Assembly (NCBI GenBank): GCA_048772705.1
Contig: JBLWGC010000081.1
Location: forward strand, 15,566-79,565
DNA length: 64,000 bases
DNA from: Leidyana gryllorum EB-2025a
Lineage: Eukaryota; Protista; Apicomplexa
Direction of reading: 5' to 3'
Shown here: piece after piece, positions 20,574 to 32,261 of the stretch
Position numbering within the stretch: the stretch's first letter is position 1
How the letters are laid out: each line of letters starts with the position of its first letter
Made by a program: the position numbers and the translations under genes
The notes under the pieces: generated by a model
The model's database searches: none
Told to the model about the DNA's origin: nothing
What the model saw: the letters and a program-made list of their open reading frames with translations, nothing else

Positions 20574-20857
20574 GATCAGTCCTTCTCAAAAAAAGAGTTT
20601 GTAGAGCCGTCCGGACTAGCGCTCCCTCAACTGGACACATGCAACACGCGTCTCTCTACTCACTTTTGAAATATTGTAACTGGCTCTTGTATCTTAGTCG
20701 GCAGAGTGTGTGATTGTAAAATGCAAACTCGGAAATCCGGGCTCTGAGGCAACCTTCACACATACTGCGGTGCCCAGGTCTGTCCAAGGGCTGCACAGCA
20801 CAATTAAAAGCTCTCAACTCGGTAAATAAATAGGGGCAGGTGCAGCCGTACGAAGTT

Positions 20858-20930
20858 TGGACGACCTGGGCATCGATCCCAGTACCTCTCGCATGCTAAG
20901 CGAGCGCTCTACCATTTGAGCTAGTCGCCC
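20858..20930 (-). tRNA. trnA: tRNA-Ala(AGC)
   Basis: Intact. Confidence 0.93.
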
Positions 20931-21012
20931 GTTGTGCAGACCCCATCGCATGTGTTGGTTCTCAGCATAGTATGACCACTCTCTCAACTGTACTCAGCAC
21001 CACCAAGCGGTC

Positions 21013-21084
21013 GGCTGTTTGGTCTAGTGGTATGATCCTTCCTTAGGGTGGAAGGAGTCCTGGGTTCGATTCCCAGAACAGCCC
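21013..21084 (+). tRNA. trnP: tRNA-Pro(AGG)
   Basis: Intact. Confidence 0.92.
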
Positions 21085-21444
21085 TCTTGGTCGTCGGTTG
21101 ACCCGACGGGACAAGTTGCCTCAGAACCAACACAGCATTTCATTAGCCCACTTGGTTCAAATCCAGCAGTTGTCGTGCGATGTGATTGGAGGGGTCAGAC
21201 ACCAACTCACGCATGAATTCTGTGGTGGAGATGATGCTATTCCCAGCATCAAACCCTCATATGGATGGAGACAGCGAATACCTTCTTAGCTTAGGGGCAG
21301 AGCATTCGCTTCGTAAGCGAGAAGTCGCAGGCTCGATTCCGGCAGAAGGCTTTGCTCACGCACTTAAGCTATTCTGACTGGTCTCTCAGTCTCGATAAGG
21401 ATCTGAGAGGTTTGGAGGGGAACTGCAATGCACTTTAGATTGGT

Positions 21445-21516
21445 TGTCCGAGCCAGGAATCGAGCCTGGGTTTGCACGGCCACAACGTGCTGTCCTAACC
21501 ACTAGACAACTCGGAC
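21445..21516 (-). tRNA. trnH: tRNA-His(GTG)
   Basis: Loop TTGTGGC, A73. Confidence 0.83.
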
Positions 21517-21762
21517 AAATCTTTGAGCGAGGCTGTAGAGGTAGCGAAGCATCGATCAGGATGGGATGGAACAGCCACTCCTCAACTTCGGGTGGGACGG
21601 AATTTACTCGTGGAATATCTGATGCCACCACTGCGATCAGATACGTTACCATCTAAGCACCCCGGGCCGTAAGGGTACTTCGGGGTGGCACACCGCAGCC
21701 AGAACGACATCGGCGGTCGCAACGGAAGCCATTAACACTCTGGAACTCAGAAGGAAAGTAAT

Positions 21763-21846
21763 GCACAGATGCCCGAGTGGTCTAAGGGGCCAGACTCAAG
21801 TTCTGGTAGGCTCAAGTCTGCATGGGTTCGAATCCCATTCTGTGCA
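21763..21846 (+). tRNA. trnL: tRNA-Leu(CAA), intronless
   Basis: GCACAGA/TCTGTGC acceptor, loop CTCAAGT. Confidence 0.9.
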
Positions 21847-22120
21847 ACGGCGATCATCCCCAAAAAAAGCTGGAAAAGGCCACAGTCGGTTGCATGCACC
21901 CGAGTATTCGGCTGTTGCTCTGCTCGTATGATCCTTCCTCCGAGTGGAAGGAGTCCTGGGTTCGATTCCAGAACAGCCCTATTGGTCGTCGTTTGACTTG
22001 ACCGGACATGTTGCCCTCAGAACCAACACAGCCACCTCGTTAGCCCGCCTCGGTAGGGCAGTCAGGGCAACTAACATCTCGAAAATCACATTTCGGCTAC
22101 CTCTTCCATGTTGCAGACTG

Positions 22121-22192
22121 AGCAGTGTAGCTCAGTGGAAGAGTGTTAAGCTCATAACGCAAAGGTCCGTCGATCGAAACGACGCACTGCTA
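22121..22192 (+). pseudogene. trnM: Initiator tRNA-Met, anticodon stem damaged
   Basis: A1-U72, GATCGAAA T-loop. Confidence 0.72.
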
Positions 22193-22443
22193 AGTGTGCG
22201 CAGAAGGGAACAGTTGCAGGATAGATTGGCTCGTGAGCCAAGCCTGCTGCCCGAATCGAACCGGCGACCTTTCACTTACTAAGCTAATGCTCTGCCCCAA
22301 GCTAAGAAGGCAATGTCAACTGGACATCACGCGTGAGGAGTCCCTATTGACGGAAGTTACTGAAGCTCATTGTTCCACCGGTCGAACGGATCCAGGGCTC
22401 CACCCAACGGCAAATAGGGTGTAACTCAGTTTAGAGCTTCGTT

Positions 22444-22516
22444 GCCGCCCTAGCTCAGTCCGTAGAGCGCAAGACTTTCAATCTTGCAGTCGCGGGTTCG
22501 AGCCCCGCGGGCGGTG
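22444..22516 (+). pseudogene. tRNA-Lys body with TTC anticodon, D-loop GG>CG
   Basis: Loop CTTTCAA. Confidence 0.68.
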
Positions 22517-22576
22517 TGCATCTGTTTCCCTGGGAGTAAGAATGGAACTGTTGCCTACAAGCACACTCAGCTGGAT

Positions 22577-22649
22577 TTCCACTGCCCGGACTTGAACCCG
22601 GATCGTGCGGGTGAGAGCCGCATACCCAAGCCACTTAGACTACAGTGGA
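22577..22649 (-). tRNA. trnE: tRNA-Glu(CTC), mismatches
   Basis: Loop CTCTCAC. Confidence 0.72.
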
Positions 22650-22834
22650 CGAGTCACAACAGTTGCACTGACGAATGAGGCGCCGGAGAACTGTGAGTCG
22701 GTCTCAGGCTATCTCAAGTGGTAGAGCGGTGACTTGGCAGGCGAGAGGTCAGTTTAGACACCTATCAATGCCGCAGGACAGGCTGAACATGGGGGCATTT
22801 GGTCACTCCTCGCGGCATGTCGAATTCGACAGTT

Positions 22835-22916
22835 GGCAACTTGCCCGAGTGGTTAAGGGGGTAGACTTGAAATCTACTGGGCCTGGCCCCCGCTGGTTCA
22901 AATCCAGCAGTTGTCG
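22835..22916 (+). tRNA. trnS: tRNA-Ser(TGA)
   Basis: Loop CTTGAAA. Confidence 0.88.
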
Positions 22917-23579
22917 TGCGATCTGATTGGAGGAGCAGACAACAACTCACTCCTGAAACCCCAGAATGGTGCCTCAATCAACCATCTGCCATCTTCTCTG
23001 CATCTGCCGGGAATCGAACCTGGGTCGTCTCGGTGGCAACGACACAGTCTACAACTAAACCACAGATGCGTGACATCTCCATTCCTGAATACAAAGCGAA
23101 GGGTCTTAACTAGTCCAGGCCGTCCAACTTAGGCCGTACATATGAACCAGGCTCATCGGATACGCGTTTCCAGAGAGACACGCCCCTTCGGCAGTCCGGA
23201 AGCTCCGTGCAGCCATCTACCGGTCACGACGTCTGCTTAACACGCAGAAGGTCCCGAGTTCAATCCTCGGTGGCTGTAACACGCATCGTTCAGGCAAGCA
23301 TCACGGAATCTAGAGCGGAAGACGATCTATCTCCGAGTTCGATCCTCGGTGACTGTAGCTCGCAACTTTCAGCGGGCACCAAAAAAGACAATCTTAAGCG
23401 AGATCAACTGTGCTCCTAGACCGGGAATCGAACCCGGGTCTTCCGCGTGACAGGCGGAAATACTAACCACCATAGTATCTCGGTGGCTCACAAACACACC
23501 GGCCTTCAACCCCAAAAGTCCTCCCTTCTCGAGACTTCACGAACAGAAAACGTGTAAAGTGGCGAGCCAAGAACACTTC

Positions 23580-23659
23580 GGCAAGATGGCCGAGTGGTCT
23601 AAGGCGCTGTGTTAAGGCCGCAGTCCGAAAGGGCGTGGTTTCGAATCCCACTCTTGTCA
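23580..23659 (+). tRNA. trnL: tRNA-Leu(AAG)
   Basis: One T-stem mismatch. Confidence 0.83.
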
Positions 23660-23719
23660 GCCGTTGTATCGGCACTCGGTCAGCCACTGGATGCAGAAGG
23701 TTTTCCATGTAGAGCGGAC

Positions 23720-23792
23720 GGGCGGCTAGCTCAGATGGTAGAGCGCTCGCTTTGCATGCGAGAGGTACTGGGATCGATACCCAGGTCGTCCA
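23720..23792 (+). tRNA. trnA: tRNA-Ala(TGC)
   Basis: Intact. Confidence 0.93.
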
Positions 23793-24230
23793 AACTCGGT
23801 AGGGCGACCTGCCGGTAGTTAAATACAGAGTTGCGACCTCTAACAGAGCGTCGCATATCGCAGCTCCCGGCACCGCTAGGCTTCGAGACTGCGACTTTGT
23901 GGTAAACAGCTACACGCTTTGCCGACTGAGCTACAAGACCTGCAATGTTCTTCCAAGCGAGGAAAAATCATACCTGCAGACCGGACAGCCCCCTGGTCGG
24001 GCCTCGTGCCGAAGCTTGTCAGCGTCTCTGTCAATCTGCCACGGCTGTTTGAGGCGTGCCTCCTGCGTCTGCCGGGAATCGTACCTGGGTCGTCTCGATG
24101 GCAACGAGACATTCTACCAATAGACCACAGATGCATGACTCCTTGTTGTTCAAGCTCGTGCACAATAACGGCCGTTTTGTATCAAACCAGAAGACGGAAT
24201 CTAGTTGAGCGAGTATGACGGGTGCTTTGT

Positions 24231-24302
24231 GGGTACGTAGCTCAGTGGTAGAGCAGCTGACTGCAGATCAGCAAGTCCGTGGTTCAACTCCGCGCGTGCC
24301 CT
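24231..24302 (+). tRNA. trnC: tRNA-Cys(GCA)
   Basis: Intact. Confidence 0.9.
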
Positions 24303-24452
24303 AAAGATGACCTGAAGGTTGAAGATGTTGGAAATCCATCCCTGACCACATGCCAATGAGTCTGAAGTCGGTGGACAATTTTGGGTGTATGGCGGACGGT
24401 GGCGCGCAGAAATCGCCCGAGTGTCTCGGGGTGCTGCAACTCTTTCGCAATT

Positions 24453-24523
24453 GCACTTGTGGTCTAAGGGTAAGATGCGACCCTTCCAAGGTCGTAAACC
24501 GGGTTCGAGTCCCGGCAGGTGCA
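24453..24523 (+). tRNA. trnG: tRNA-Gly(TCC)
   Basis: Loop CTTCCAA. Confidence 0.85.
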
Positions 24524-24770
24524 GCCGTATGTAGCTTGAACGACTGGACACATGCAACACGCGTCTCTCTACTGACTTTTGAAATATTGTAACTGGCTCT
24601 TGTATCTTAGTCGGCAGAGTGTGTGATTGTAAAATGCAAACTCGAAAATCCGGGCTCTGAGGCAACCTTCACACATACTGCGGTGCCCAGGTCTGTCCAA
24701 GGGCTGCACAGCACAATCAAAACCTCTCAACTCGGTAAATAAATAGGGGCACGTGCAGCCGTACGTACTT

Positions 24771-24843
24771 TGGACGACCTGGGCATCGATCCCAGTACCT
24801 CTCGCATGCTAAGCGAGCGCTCTACCATTTGAGCTAATCGCCC
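24771..24843 (-). tRNA. trnA: tRNA-Ala(AGC)
   Basis: Near-intact. Confidence 0.9.
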
Positions 24844-24958
24844 ATTCAGCAAACCCCAGTACATCCAGTTCTTTTTACATGGTATGACCAATCTCCCAAC
24901 TCCATCGATCACTTTCACCAGTTTGTGCTCCACTTTGCACAAACGAAGGCACGCAGGA

Positions 24959-25031
24959 AACGGCTGGAGGGACTCGAACCCTCAACCTTTGCCTTAGGAG
25001 GGCAACGCGCTATCCATTGCGCCACAACCGC
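24959..25031 (-). tRNA. trnR: tRNA-Arg(CCT)
   Basis: Intact, loop CTCCTAA. Confidence 0.92.
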
Positions 25032-25119
25032 ATTCGGGACGCATCCGACTTTTGAGTGGGACGAAGGCGGGCTGCCCCCTTTCACCCAACCAGTAGCGAG
25101 ATGACCGAAGCCTATCCAT

Positions 25120-25192
25120 GGTGCGGTGGCCTAATGGAGAGGGCATCGGTCTTCGGAACCGGGAGTTGTGGGTTCGAGTCCCATCCGCATCA
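25120..25192 (+). tRNA. trnR: tRNA-Arg(TCG)
   Basis: Near-intact. Confidence 0.88.
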
Positions 25193-25347
25193 TAGCCGCA
25201 TATCCTAACCACTTAGACTACAGTGGACAAGTGCCCGAGTTGAGGCTTTGGACGAGAGCCGTAGCGTCGGTTCAAGCGACGACGAACGGGCTCATCGGAT
25301 ACGTGTGTCCAAAGACACACGCCCCTTTCACAGCCCGGAAGGTCCGT

Positions 25348-25420
25348 GCAGCCATGGTCTAGTGGTTTCGACGTCTGCTTAACACGCAGAAGGTCCTGAG
25401 TTCGATCCTCGGTGGCTGTA
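25348..25420 (+). tRNA. trnV: tRNA-Val(AAC)
   Basis: Loop TTAACAC. Confidence 0.82.
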
Positions 25421-25769
25421 GCTCGCAACTTTCAGCGGCAACCAAAGGAGACAATCCCCGAAACCGGGCATCGAACCCGGATCTTCCGCGTGACAGGCAG
25501 AAGTCCTGACCACTACTTTATCTCGGACGCTCGTCAACGCGCCGGACTTCAACCGCGAAAGTCTTCCTTCTCGGAACTTCACGGACAGAAAACGTGTAAA
25601 GTGGCGAGTCAAGAACACTGCGGCAAGATGGCCGAGTGGTCTAGGGCGCTGTGTTAAAGCCGCAGTCGAAAGGCCGTTGGTTCGAATCCCCCGCTTGTCA
25701 ACCGTTGTATTGTATTGGCACTCGGTCCCCTCACTTCACTGATAGACAGTCGTTCGAGCTACATACGGC

Positions 25770-25840
25770 TGGACCTGCCGGGACTCGAACCCGGGGTACG
25801 ACCTTGGAAGGGTCGCATCTTACCCTTAGACCACAAGTGC
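25770..25840 (-). tRNA. trnG: tRNA-Gly(TCC), acceptor mismatch
   Basis: Loop CTTCCAA. Confidence 0.75.
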
Positions 25841-26063
25841 AATTGCGAAAAATCTGCAGCACCCCGAGAGACTCGGGCAATTTCTGCCTCCAGCTGTCTG
25901 CAACTCACTCAAAAACGGACTATTCGGGGATCGATCGAACACTCCCCCAGGCGAGGGAAGAATATACCACTAGCACTTCAACTCGACATGGGCGGCAGTG
26001 GCTCCCCATACAGCTAGCAAGCTTGCCTCGGCCAAAACGGAACGGATTCCGAGTGAGAGGCTG

Positions 26064-26136
26064 TGGTGCGGATGGGACTCGAACCCACAACTCCCGGTTC
26101 CGAAGACCGATGCCCTATCCATCAGGCCACCGCACC
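26064..26136 (-). tRNA. trnR: tRNA-Arg(TCG)
   Basis: Near-intact. Confidence 0.87.
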
Positions 26137-26647
26137 ATGGATAAGCTTCGGTCATCTCGATACTGGTTGGGTGAAAGGAGTATTTGATCTCAAAACCTCC
26201 CCCAAACCGTTGTTAAAAAGTGCAGCGAGTAAGACATGTCGCTGGCAACCTCGGGGCGGCACGGACGCGGCGCTTTCTGATACTCGATGTGACGACCTCT
26301 TTGCCTCGCCGGCAAATCAAACACGGAACTTCCAAGTCTTGTCTAGCGCTCTCTAACTGAGCTTCCTACGCGCGAGAAAGTCATGGAGCGCGGTGAAGAT
26401 GAGTGACCCACCGCATGTGCGAGCCAGTCTTGCCAAACCGTATGTGAAGCCGCTGGCCGCAAAATGCCGAGCTCGACAGATGGCAACTGGCCCGAGTGCT
26501 CAAGGTCTGAGTATGCACGCGGTCGGCCTCAATGTGGCGCCTGACTTTGCCAGCCTGTAACCCTGCACACCCCATAGCATTTAGTGGTTCTTGACATGTT
26601 ATGACCAGTCTCCCGACTCTACCAGCAATTTGCACCACCGATCAGTC

Positions 26648-26719
26648 GGCTGTTTGGTCTAGTGGTATGATCCTTCCTTAGGGTGGAAGGAGTCCTGGGT
26701 TCGATTCCCAGAACAGCCC
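26648..26719 (+). tRNA. trnP: tRNA-Pro(AGG)
   Basis: Intact. Confidence 0.92.
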
Positions 26720-26845
26720 TCTTGGTCGTCGGTTGACCCGATGGGATAAGCAGTTTTAGAAGTAACACAGCCACCTCGTTGCCACTTCGGGGCAATTAAC
26801 ATCTCAAGAATCGCATTCCGCCTCCTTCTTCCATGTTGCAGACTA

Positions 26846-26917
26846 AGCAGTGTAGCTCAGTGGAAGAGTGTTGGGCTCATAACCCAAAGGTCCGTCGATC
26901 GAAACGACGCACTGCTA
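26846..26917 (+). tRNA. trnM: Initiator tRNA-Met(CAT)
   Basis: A1-U72, GGG/CCC in anticodon stem, GATCGAAA T-loop. Confidence 0.93.
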
Positions 26918-26966
26918 AGTGTGCGCAGGAGGGAAACAGCTATAGAATCGATTGGGTCGTGACCAA

Positions 26967-27038
26967 AGCCTTCTGCCGGAATCGAACCGGCGATCTTTCG
27001 CTTACTAAGCGAATGCTCTGCCCCTAAGCTAAGAAGGC
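26967..27038 (-). tRNA. trnT: tRNA-Thr(AGT)
   Basis: Near-intact. Confidence 0.9.
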
Positions 27039-27496
27039 AATGCAAGCCAAAGATCACGAGTCAGTCACTATTGACGGAGGTTACTGGAGCACTTTGCTCC
27101 AATGGTCCAATGATTTCCACTGCCGGGACTTGAACCCGGATGTGCGGGTGAAAGCCGCATACCCTAGCCACTTAGACTACAGTGGACGAGTGGTTGAGTT
27201 GGGGCTTCGGCCGAGAGCCGTACCGTCTTGGAAAATATGGATATGGAATGTCGGCGTGATCAAGTGAGTGGATCTCTGATACAGATTCGGACTTAGTAAC
27301 CAATTCCATTTGTATTGATCGTGGAATCTTGGGCCTCCCCAGGTACAGGGCGAGCTTCCTTGCCGCGCCAGCTCCGTCGGTAGCGCGCAAGACTTTCAAT
27401 GGAGAGACCGCGGGTTCGGGCAGCGCGAGCGGTCCGAGTCAAGCTTGCTGAACCGTATGTGAAGCCACTGTCTGCGGAATGCCGAGTTCGACGATT

Positions 27497-27578
27497 GGCA
27501 ACTTGCCCGAGTGGTTAAGGGGGTAGACTCGAAATCTACTGGGCCTGGCCCGCGCTGGTTCAAATCCAGCAGTTGTCG
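27497..27578 (+). tRNA. trnS: tRNA-Ser(CGA)
   Basis: Intact. Confidence 0.93.
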
Positions 27579-27642
27579 TGCGATGTGATCGGAGAGTCCA
27601 GAACCAACTCACGCATAAAACTCAACCATGTGCTATGTCCTC

Positions 27643-27713
27643 TGCATCTGCCGGGAATCGAACCCGGGTCGTCTCGATGGCAACGAGACATTCTACCACT
27701 AGACCACAGATGC
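27643..27713 (-). tRNA. trnG: tRNA-Gly(GCC)
   Basis: Intact. Confidence 0.94.
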
Positions 27714-27809
27714 GTAACATGTTGTTGTTAGAGCTCGTAAACAATAACGGCCGTTTTGCTGCGAATGAGAAGACAGGGGCAAGTTGAGCGAGTATAAGAG
27801 GCGCCTCGT

Positions 27810-27881
27810 GGGTACGTAACTCAGTAGTAGAGCAGCTGACTGCAGATCAGCAAGTCCGTGGTTCAACTCCGCGCGTGCCCT
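27810..27881 (+). pseudogene. trnC: tRNA-Cys(GCA), D-arm lesions
   Basis: TAACTCAGTAG A-box lesions. Confidence 0.7.
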
Positions 27882-28438
27882 GAAGATGACCTGAAGGTTT
27901 GAGAATGTTGAAAATCCATCCCTGCCCACATACCAATGAGCCTGGAAGTCGGTGGACAATTTTGGGTCTATTGCGCAACGGTAGCGCGCCCAATTCCAGA
28001 TCGGAAGGTGGCAATATTATGAGTTAGTCGGCGGTGCCAATTCCGACCGTGGGAGTGTGAGAGGATCGACTTGCATCTGACTGTAGTGCTGGCATCAGAT
28101 AGTCGGCGGTTCGATTCCGTCCCACCGGAAGTAGAGGGTCATTGGCAAACTACTACTCAACCTGATGAGCGTTGATAGGCCAACTAGACTACTCCGACGA
28201 GAATTCCATCTATGTAGTTCGGATGGGCTGGGAATCGATCCCAGAACCCTTCGTATACTAAGCTACCTTTTCATCATCTGGGCTAGCCTCCCTCTATGCC
28301 TACCTCATGGCATTGAGTGATACTTCACATAGTGATACGAGTCTCTCGACTGTACCCAGCGGGTTGAACCATTTGGTCTAGCGGGTTCGATTCCCAGCCC
28401 GTCTGATAGTTGTTGACGCTACACGGCACCATTCGCCC

Positions 28439-28511
28439 AGACGCTACTGGGACTCGAACCCAGAATCCCCGGTTCCGTAGACCGATGCCATATCCATTAG
28501 GCCATAGCGCC
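28439..28511 (-). tRNA. trnR: tRNA-Arg(ACG)
   Basis: Intact. Confidence 0.92.
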
Positions 28512-29129
28512 GACTAACGGAGCCGTCAAATGGAAGTGTGTAGCGATCAAGAGAGGACATGGGCAGCTACGCCCGATCGTGGGTTTGGACAGACTTCACT
28601 TACATCTCCCATTCGAGACATCGGGGACATACTATCCAAGCCAGGATTCGGGCCTGGGTATGCACGGCCACAACTTGCTGTTGTAAGCACTCGACCCGGA
28701 CAATCTTCAAGTGAGGCTGGTATGTCGGCGTGACCAAGTGAGTGGATCTCTGATACAAATTCGGACTTAGTAACCAATTCCATTTGTATTGATCGTGGAA
28801 TCCTGTGCCTTCCTCGGGTACGGGGCGAGCTTCCTTGCCGCCCCAACTCCGTCGGTAGAGCGCAAGACTTTTGAAGGGAGAACCGCGGGTTCGGGCGGCG
28901 CGAGCAGTCCTAGTAAAGCTCGCTGAATCGTATGTGAAGCCACTGGCCGCAAAATGCCAAGTTCGACAGCGGCAACTTGCCCGAGTGGTTAAGGGGAGAA
29001 GATTTGATCTCTACAGGGCCTGGGCCGGGCTGGTGCAGATCCAGCAGTTGTCGTGCGATGTGATCGGAGGGGTCAGACACCAACTCAAGCGTGAATCCCT
29101 GGAATGGTGGGAAAAGCAACTGTGTCTTC

Positions 29130-29200
29130 TGCATCTGCCGGGAATCGAACCCGGGTCGTCTCGATGGCAACGAGACATTCTACCACTAGACCACAGATGC
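29130..29200 (-). tRNA. trnG: tRNA-Gly(GCC)
   Basis: Intact. Confidence 0.94.
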
Positions 29201-29320
29201 ATAATATCTTGTTGAGCTAGTCGCCCGCTGTGCAGACCTCATAGCATTCCGTGGTTTTCGCCCCTCATCAGATACCTGTTTCCAGAGACACACGCCCCTT
29301 TCTCAGTCCGAAAGCTCCGC

Positions 29321-29393
29321 GCAGCCATGGTCTAGTGGTTACGACGTCTGCTTCACACGCAGAAGGTCCCGAGTTCGATCCTCGGTGGCTGTA
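29321..29393 (+). tRNA. trnV: tRNA-Val(CAC)
   Basis: Intact. Confidence 0.92.
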
Positions 29394-29611
29394 GCTCGAA
29401 ACTTTATCTGAGCACCACGAAATCTGAAGCGGAAAAACGAACTGTGCTCCGAGACCTGGAATCGACCCTGGTCTTCCGCGTGATAGGCGGAAATCCTAAC
29501 CGCTATACTATCTCGGACGCTCTGGATACGCCGGCCTCCAACCCCAGAAGTTCTTCCATTTTGAGATTCCACGGATAGAAAACGCGTGGGGCGGCGAGCC
29601 AACAACATTTC

Positions 29612-29691
29612 GGCAAGATGGCCGAGTGGTCCAAGGCGCTGTGTTCAGGCCGCAGTCCGAAAGGGCGTGGGTTCGAATCCCACTCTTGTCA
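29612..29691 (+). tRNA. trnL: tRNA-Leu(CAG)
   Basis: Intact. Confidence 0.92.
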
Positions 29692-29823
29692 GGCGTTGTA
29701 GTCAGGACAACCTGCGACTTCATCCCAGCATGCCCCCACGATGCGCGCGGGACAGCCCGCCGTGCACGTGGCACCCGGCTAACTTTTGTCGATACAACTG
29801 CCACATGATTCTCCAGCTAAGTT

Positions 29824-29895
29824 GCCTTCTTAGCTTAGGGGCAGAGCGTTCGCTTCGTAAGCGAGAAGTCGCCGGTTCGATTCCGGCAGAAGGCT
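29824..29895 (+). tRNA. trnT: tRNA-Thr(CGT)
   Basis: Intact, loop TTCGTAA. Confidence 0.9.
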
Positions 29896-30076
29896 TTGAT
29901 GCATCGATAAGCTTATGAGGAATGGCTGTCACCACGTACAAGATTCACCAAATCGTGTTCTGCATCTGTGGTCTAGTGGAAGAGTCGCTCGCTGCCATCG
30001 AGATAACCCGTGTGCGATTCCTGACGGATGCAGAATGATAGCATGATGAGTTTGTCGGCGGTTTCGATTCTGACCG

Positions 30077-30149
30077 TGGGAGTGGAGAGGATCGAACTCT
30101 CGACTTCAGGATTATCAGACCTACGCGCTACCGACTGCGCTACACTCCC
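30077..30149 (-). tRNA. Elongator tRNA-Met body with GAT anticodon
   Basis: Matches the Met copy at 9881 except loop CTGATAA. Confidence 0.8.
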
Positions 30150-30385
30150 CCTCCGACTTTCTCCGAGGAATCACCTGAACCCAGAACCATGCTGCCAGGC
30201 AGGTTGGGAAAAGATACAACAAAGTGGGCTGTTCTAAGAATGGAACCTAGGACTTCTTCCACCCGACGGAAGTATCATACCACTACACCAAACAGCCGCC
30301 TGTCGTTCGTGCAACCCGCTGAAGACAGTTTAAAAAGTGGTCATCCTATGTTGAGAACCAACAAATGCGATGGGGTCTGCACCAC

Positions 30386-30458
30386 GGGCGACTAGCTCAA
30401 ATGGTAGAGCGCTCGCTTAGCATGCGGGAGGTACTGGGATCGATGCCCAGGTCGTCCA
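30386..30458 (+). tRNA. trnA: tRNA-Ala(AGC)
   Basis: Near-intact. Confidence 0.9.
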
Positions 30459-30931
30459 AAGTAGGTACGGCTGCACGTGGCCGCCTTCAGACCCATCGCT
30501 ACCATCTTTGAAGAGTCGCGAACCACAAGTGCCATTGGGAGAGCACCGCACTCAATGTCTAGGGTGCATCTGAAGCCGGTTCTGTTAGGTTCCGGACCTC
30601 CGAGTTTGTCATCAAAAGCCACACGCTTTGCCACTGAGCTACAAGACGCCTTACAATGTTTCTGAGCTTAGTGGAGAGACCCTCCACTTTCTACTGCAAC
30701 CTTTTTGTTGTAGGTTGACCCGACGGACCACGTCTTGTTAAGAGGGTACGGTTCTCATCCGAAACCTCAATTGGGGAACTTGCCGACTGTAGTCTAAGTG
30801 GCTAGGACAAGCGGCTCTCACTCGCACGATCCGGGTTCAAGTCCCGGCAGTGGAAGTCCTTGCACTACTCGAGCAAAGTGGTCCAGTAATCTCCGTCAAT
30901 AGAGACTGTTTCGTGATCTTCGGCTTGCATT

Positions 30932-31003
30932 GCCTTCTTAGCTTAGGGGCAGAGCATTCCCTTAGTAAGCGAAAGGTCGCCGGTTCGATTCCGGCAGAAG
31001 GCT
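30932..31003 (+). tRNA. trnT: tRNA-Thr(AGT)
   Basis: One anticodon-stem mismatch. Confidence 0.82.
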
Positions 31004-31248
31004 TTGGTCACGAGCCGATCTATTCTAGACTGTTTCCCTTTTGCGCACACTTAGCAGTGAGTCGTTTCGATCGACTGACCTTTGGGTTGTGAGCCCAACA
31101 CTCTTCCGCTGAGCTGCACTGCTTAGTCTGCAACATGGAAGAGGTAGCCGAAATGCAATTCTTGAGATGTTAATTGCCTTGAGTGTCGACGCGGTGGCTG
31201 TGTTACTTCTAAAACTGCTTATCCCATCGGGTCAACCGACAACCCAGA

Positions 31249-31320
31249 GGGCTGTTCTGGGAATCGAACCCAGGACTCCTTCCACCCTAAGGAAGGATCA
31301 TACCACTAGACCAAACAGCC
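31249..31320 (-). tRNA. trnP: tRNA-Pro(AGG)
   Basis: Intact. Confidence 0.92.
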
Positions 31321-31735
31321 GCCTGTCGGTCGTGCAACCCGCTGGGTACACTCGAGAGAGTGGTCATACTATGTGAAGTACCACTAAATGCGATGGGGTC
31401 TGCACAGCGGGGGACTAGCTCAAATGGTGAAGCGCTCCCTTAGCGTGCAAGAGGTACTGGGATCAATGCCCAGGTCGTCCAAAGTTTGTAGTGCTGCAAC
31501 TGGCGCTATTTGACTACAGTTGAGAGCTTTGAGGGTGCCCTGTAGCCCTTGGATAGACTTTGTAGGGTGCCTGAGACCGCGGACCTGCGACTTAGTATTG
31601 AACAATCACACGCTTTGCCCACTGCGCTAGAAGAGCCAGTTGAATATTTTGGAGGTTAGTAGAGAAACCCGTTTTGCATGTGTGGGGAAGCTCTAGTCCG
31701 GATGGCTCTATCAACTCTTTGAGAAGGGCTAAATC

Positions 31736-31807
31736 GGTTGCGTGGTGTAGTGGTTAGCACTGGAGACTCCAAATCTCCCGACTTAGGATCGATTCCCGGC
31801 GCGACCT
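31736..31807 (+). pseudogene. tRNA-Gln body with CCA anticodon, T-arm lesions
   Basis: GGAGA-CTCCAAA-TCTCC. Confidence 0.68.
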
Positions 31808-31870
31808 CAGAACTAGTCCTCACTCTTTCGTGAAACCTCGCCACTTCTCTTGGTCTGCGGGACCTTCACT

Positions 31871-31943
31871 GCAGCCATGGTCTAGTGGTCACGACGTCTG
31901 CTTAACACGCAGAAGGTCCCGAGTTCGATCCTCGGTGGCTGTA
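31871..31943 (+). tRNA. trnV: tRNA-Val(AAC)
   Basis: Intact. Confidence 0.92.
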
Positions 31944-32261
31944 ACTCGCATTTTTGCAGGTGAGCACCACGAAATCTAAAGCGGAAAAACTAAGTGTCTC
32001 CGACACCGGGATTCGTACGCGGGTCTTCCGAGTGACAGGCGGAAATACTAAGCACTATACTATCTCGGACGCTCGTGGAGACCCCGGCCTTCAACCCCAA
32101 AAGTCTTTCTATTTTGGCTCACGGACAAAAAACCGGTGGAGCGATGAACCAACAACACTGTGGCAAGATGGCCGAGTTGTCTAAGGCGCTGTGCTCAGAC
32201 CGCAGTCCGAAAGGGCGAGGATCTGGGGTTGAGCCGTTCGAACCCCAGAGCAGTTGGACGG

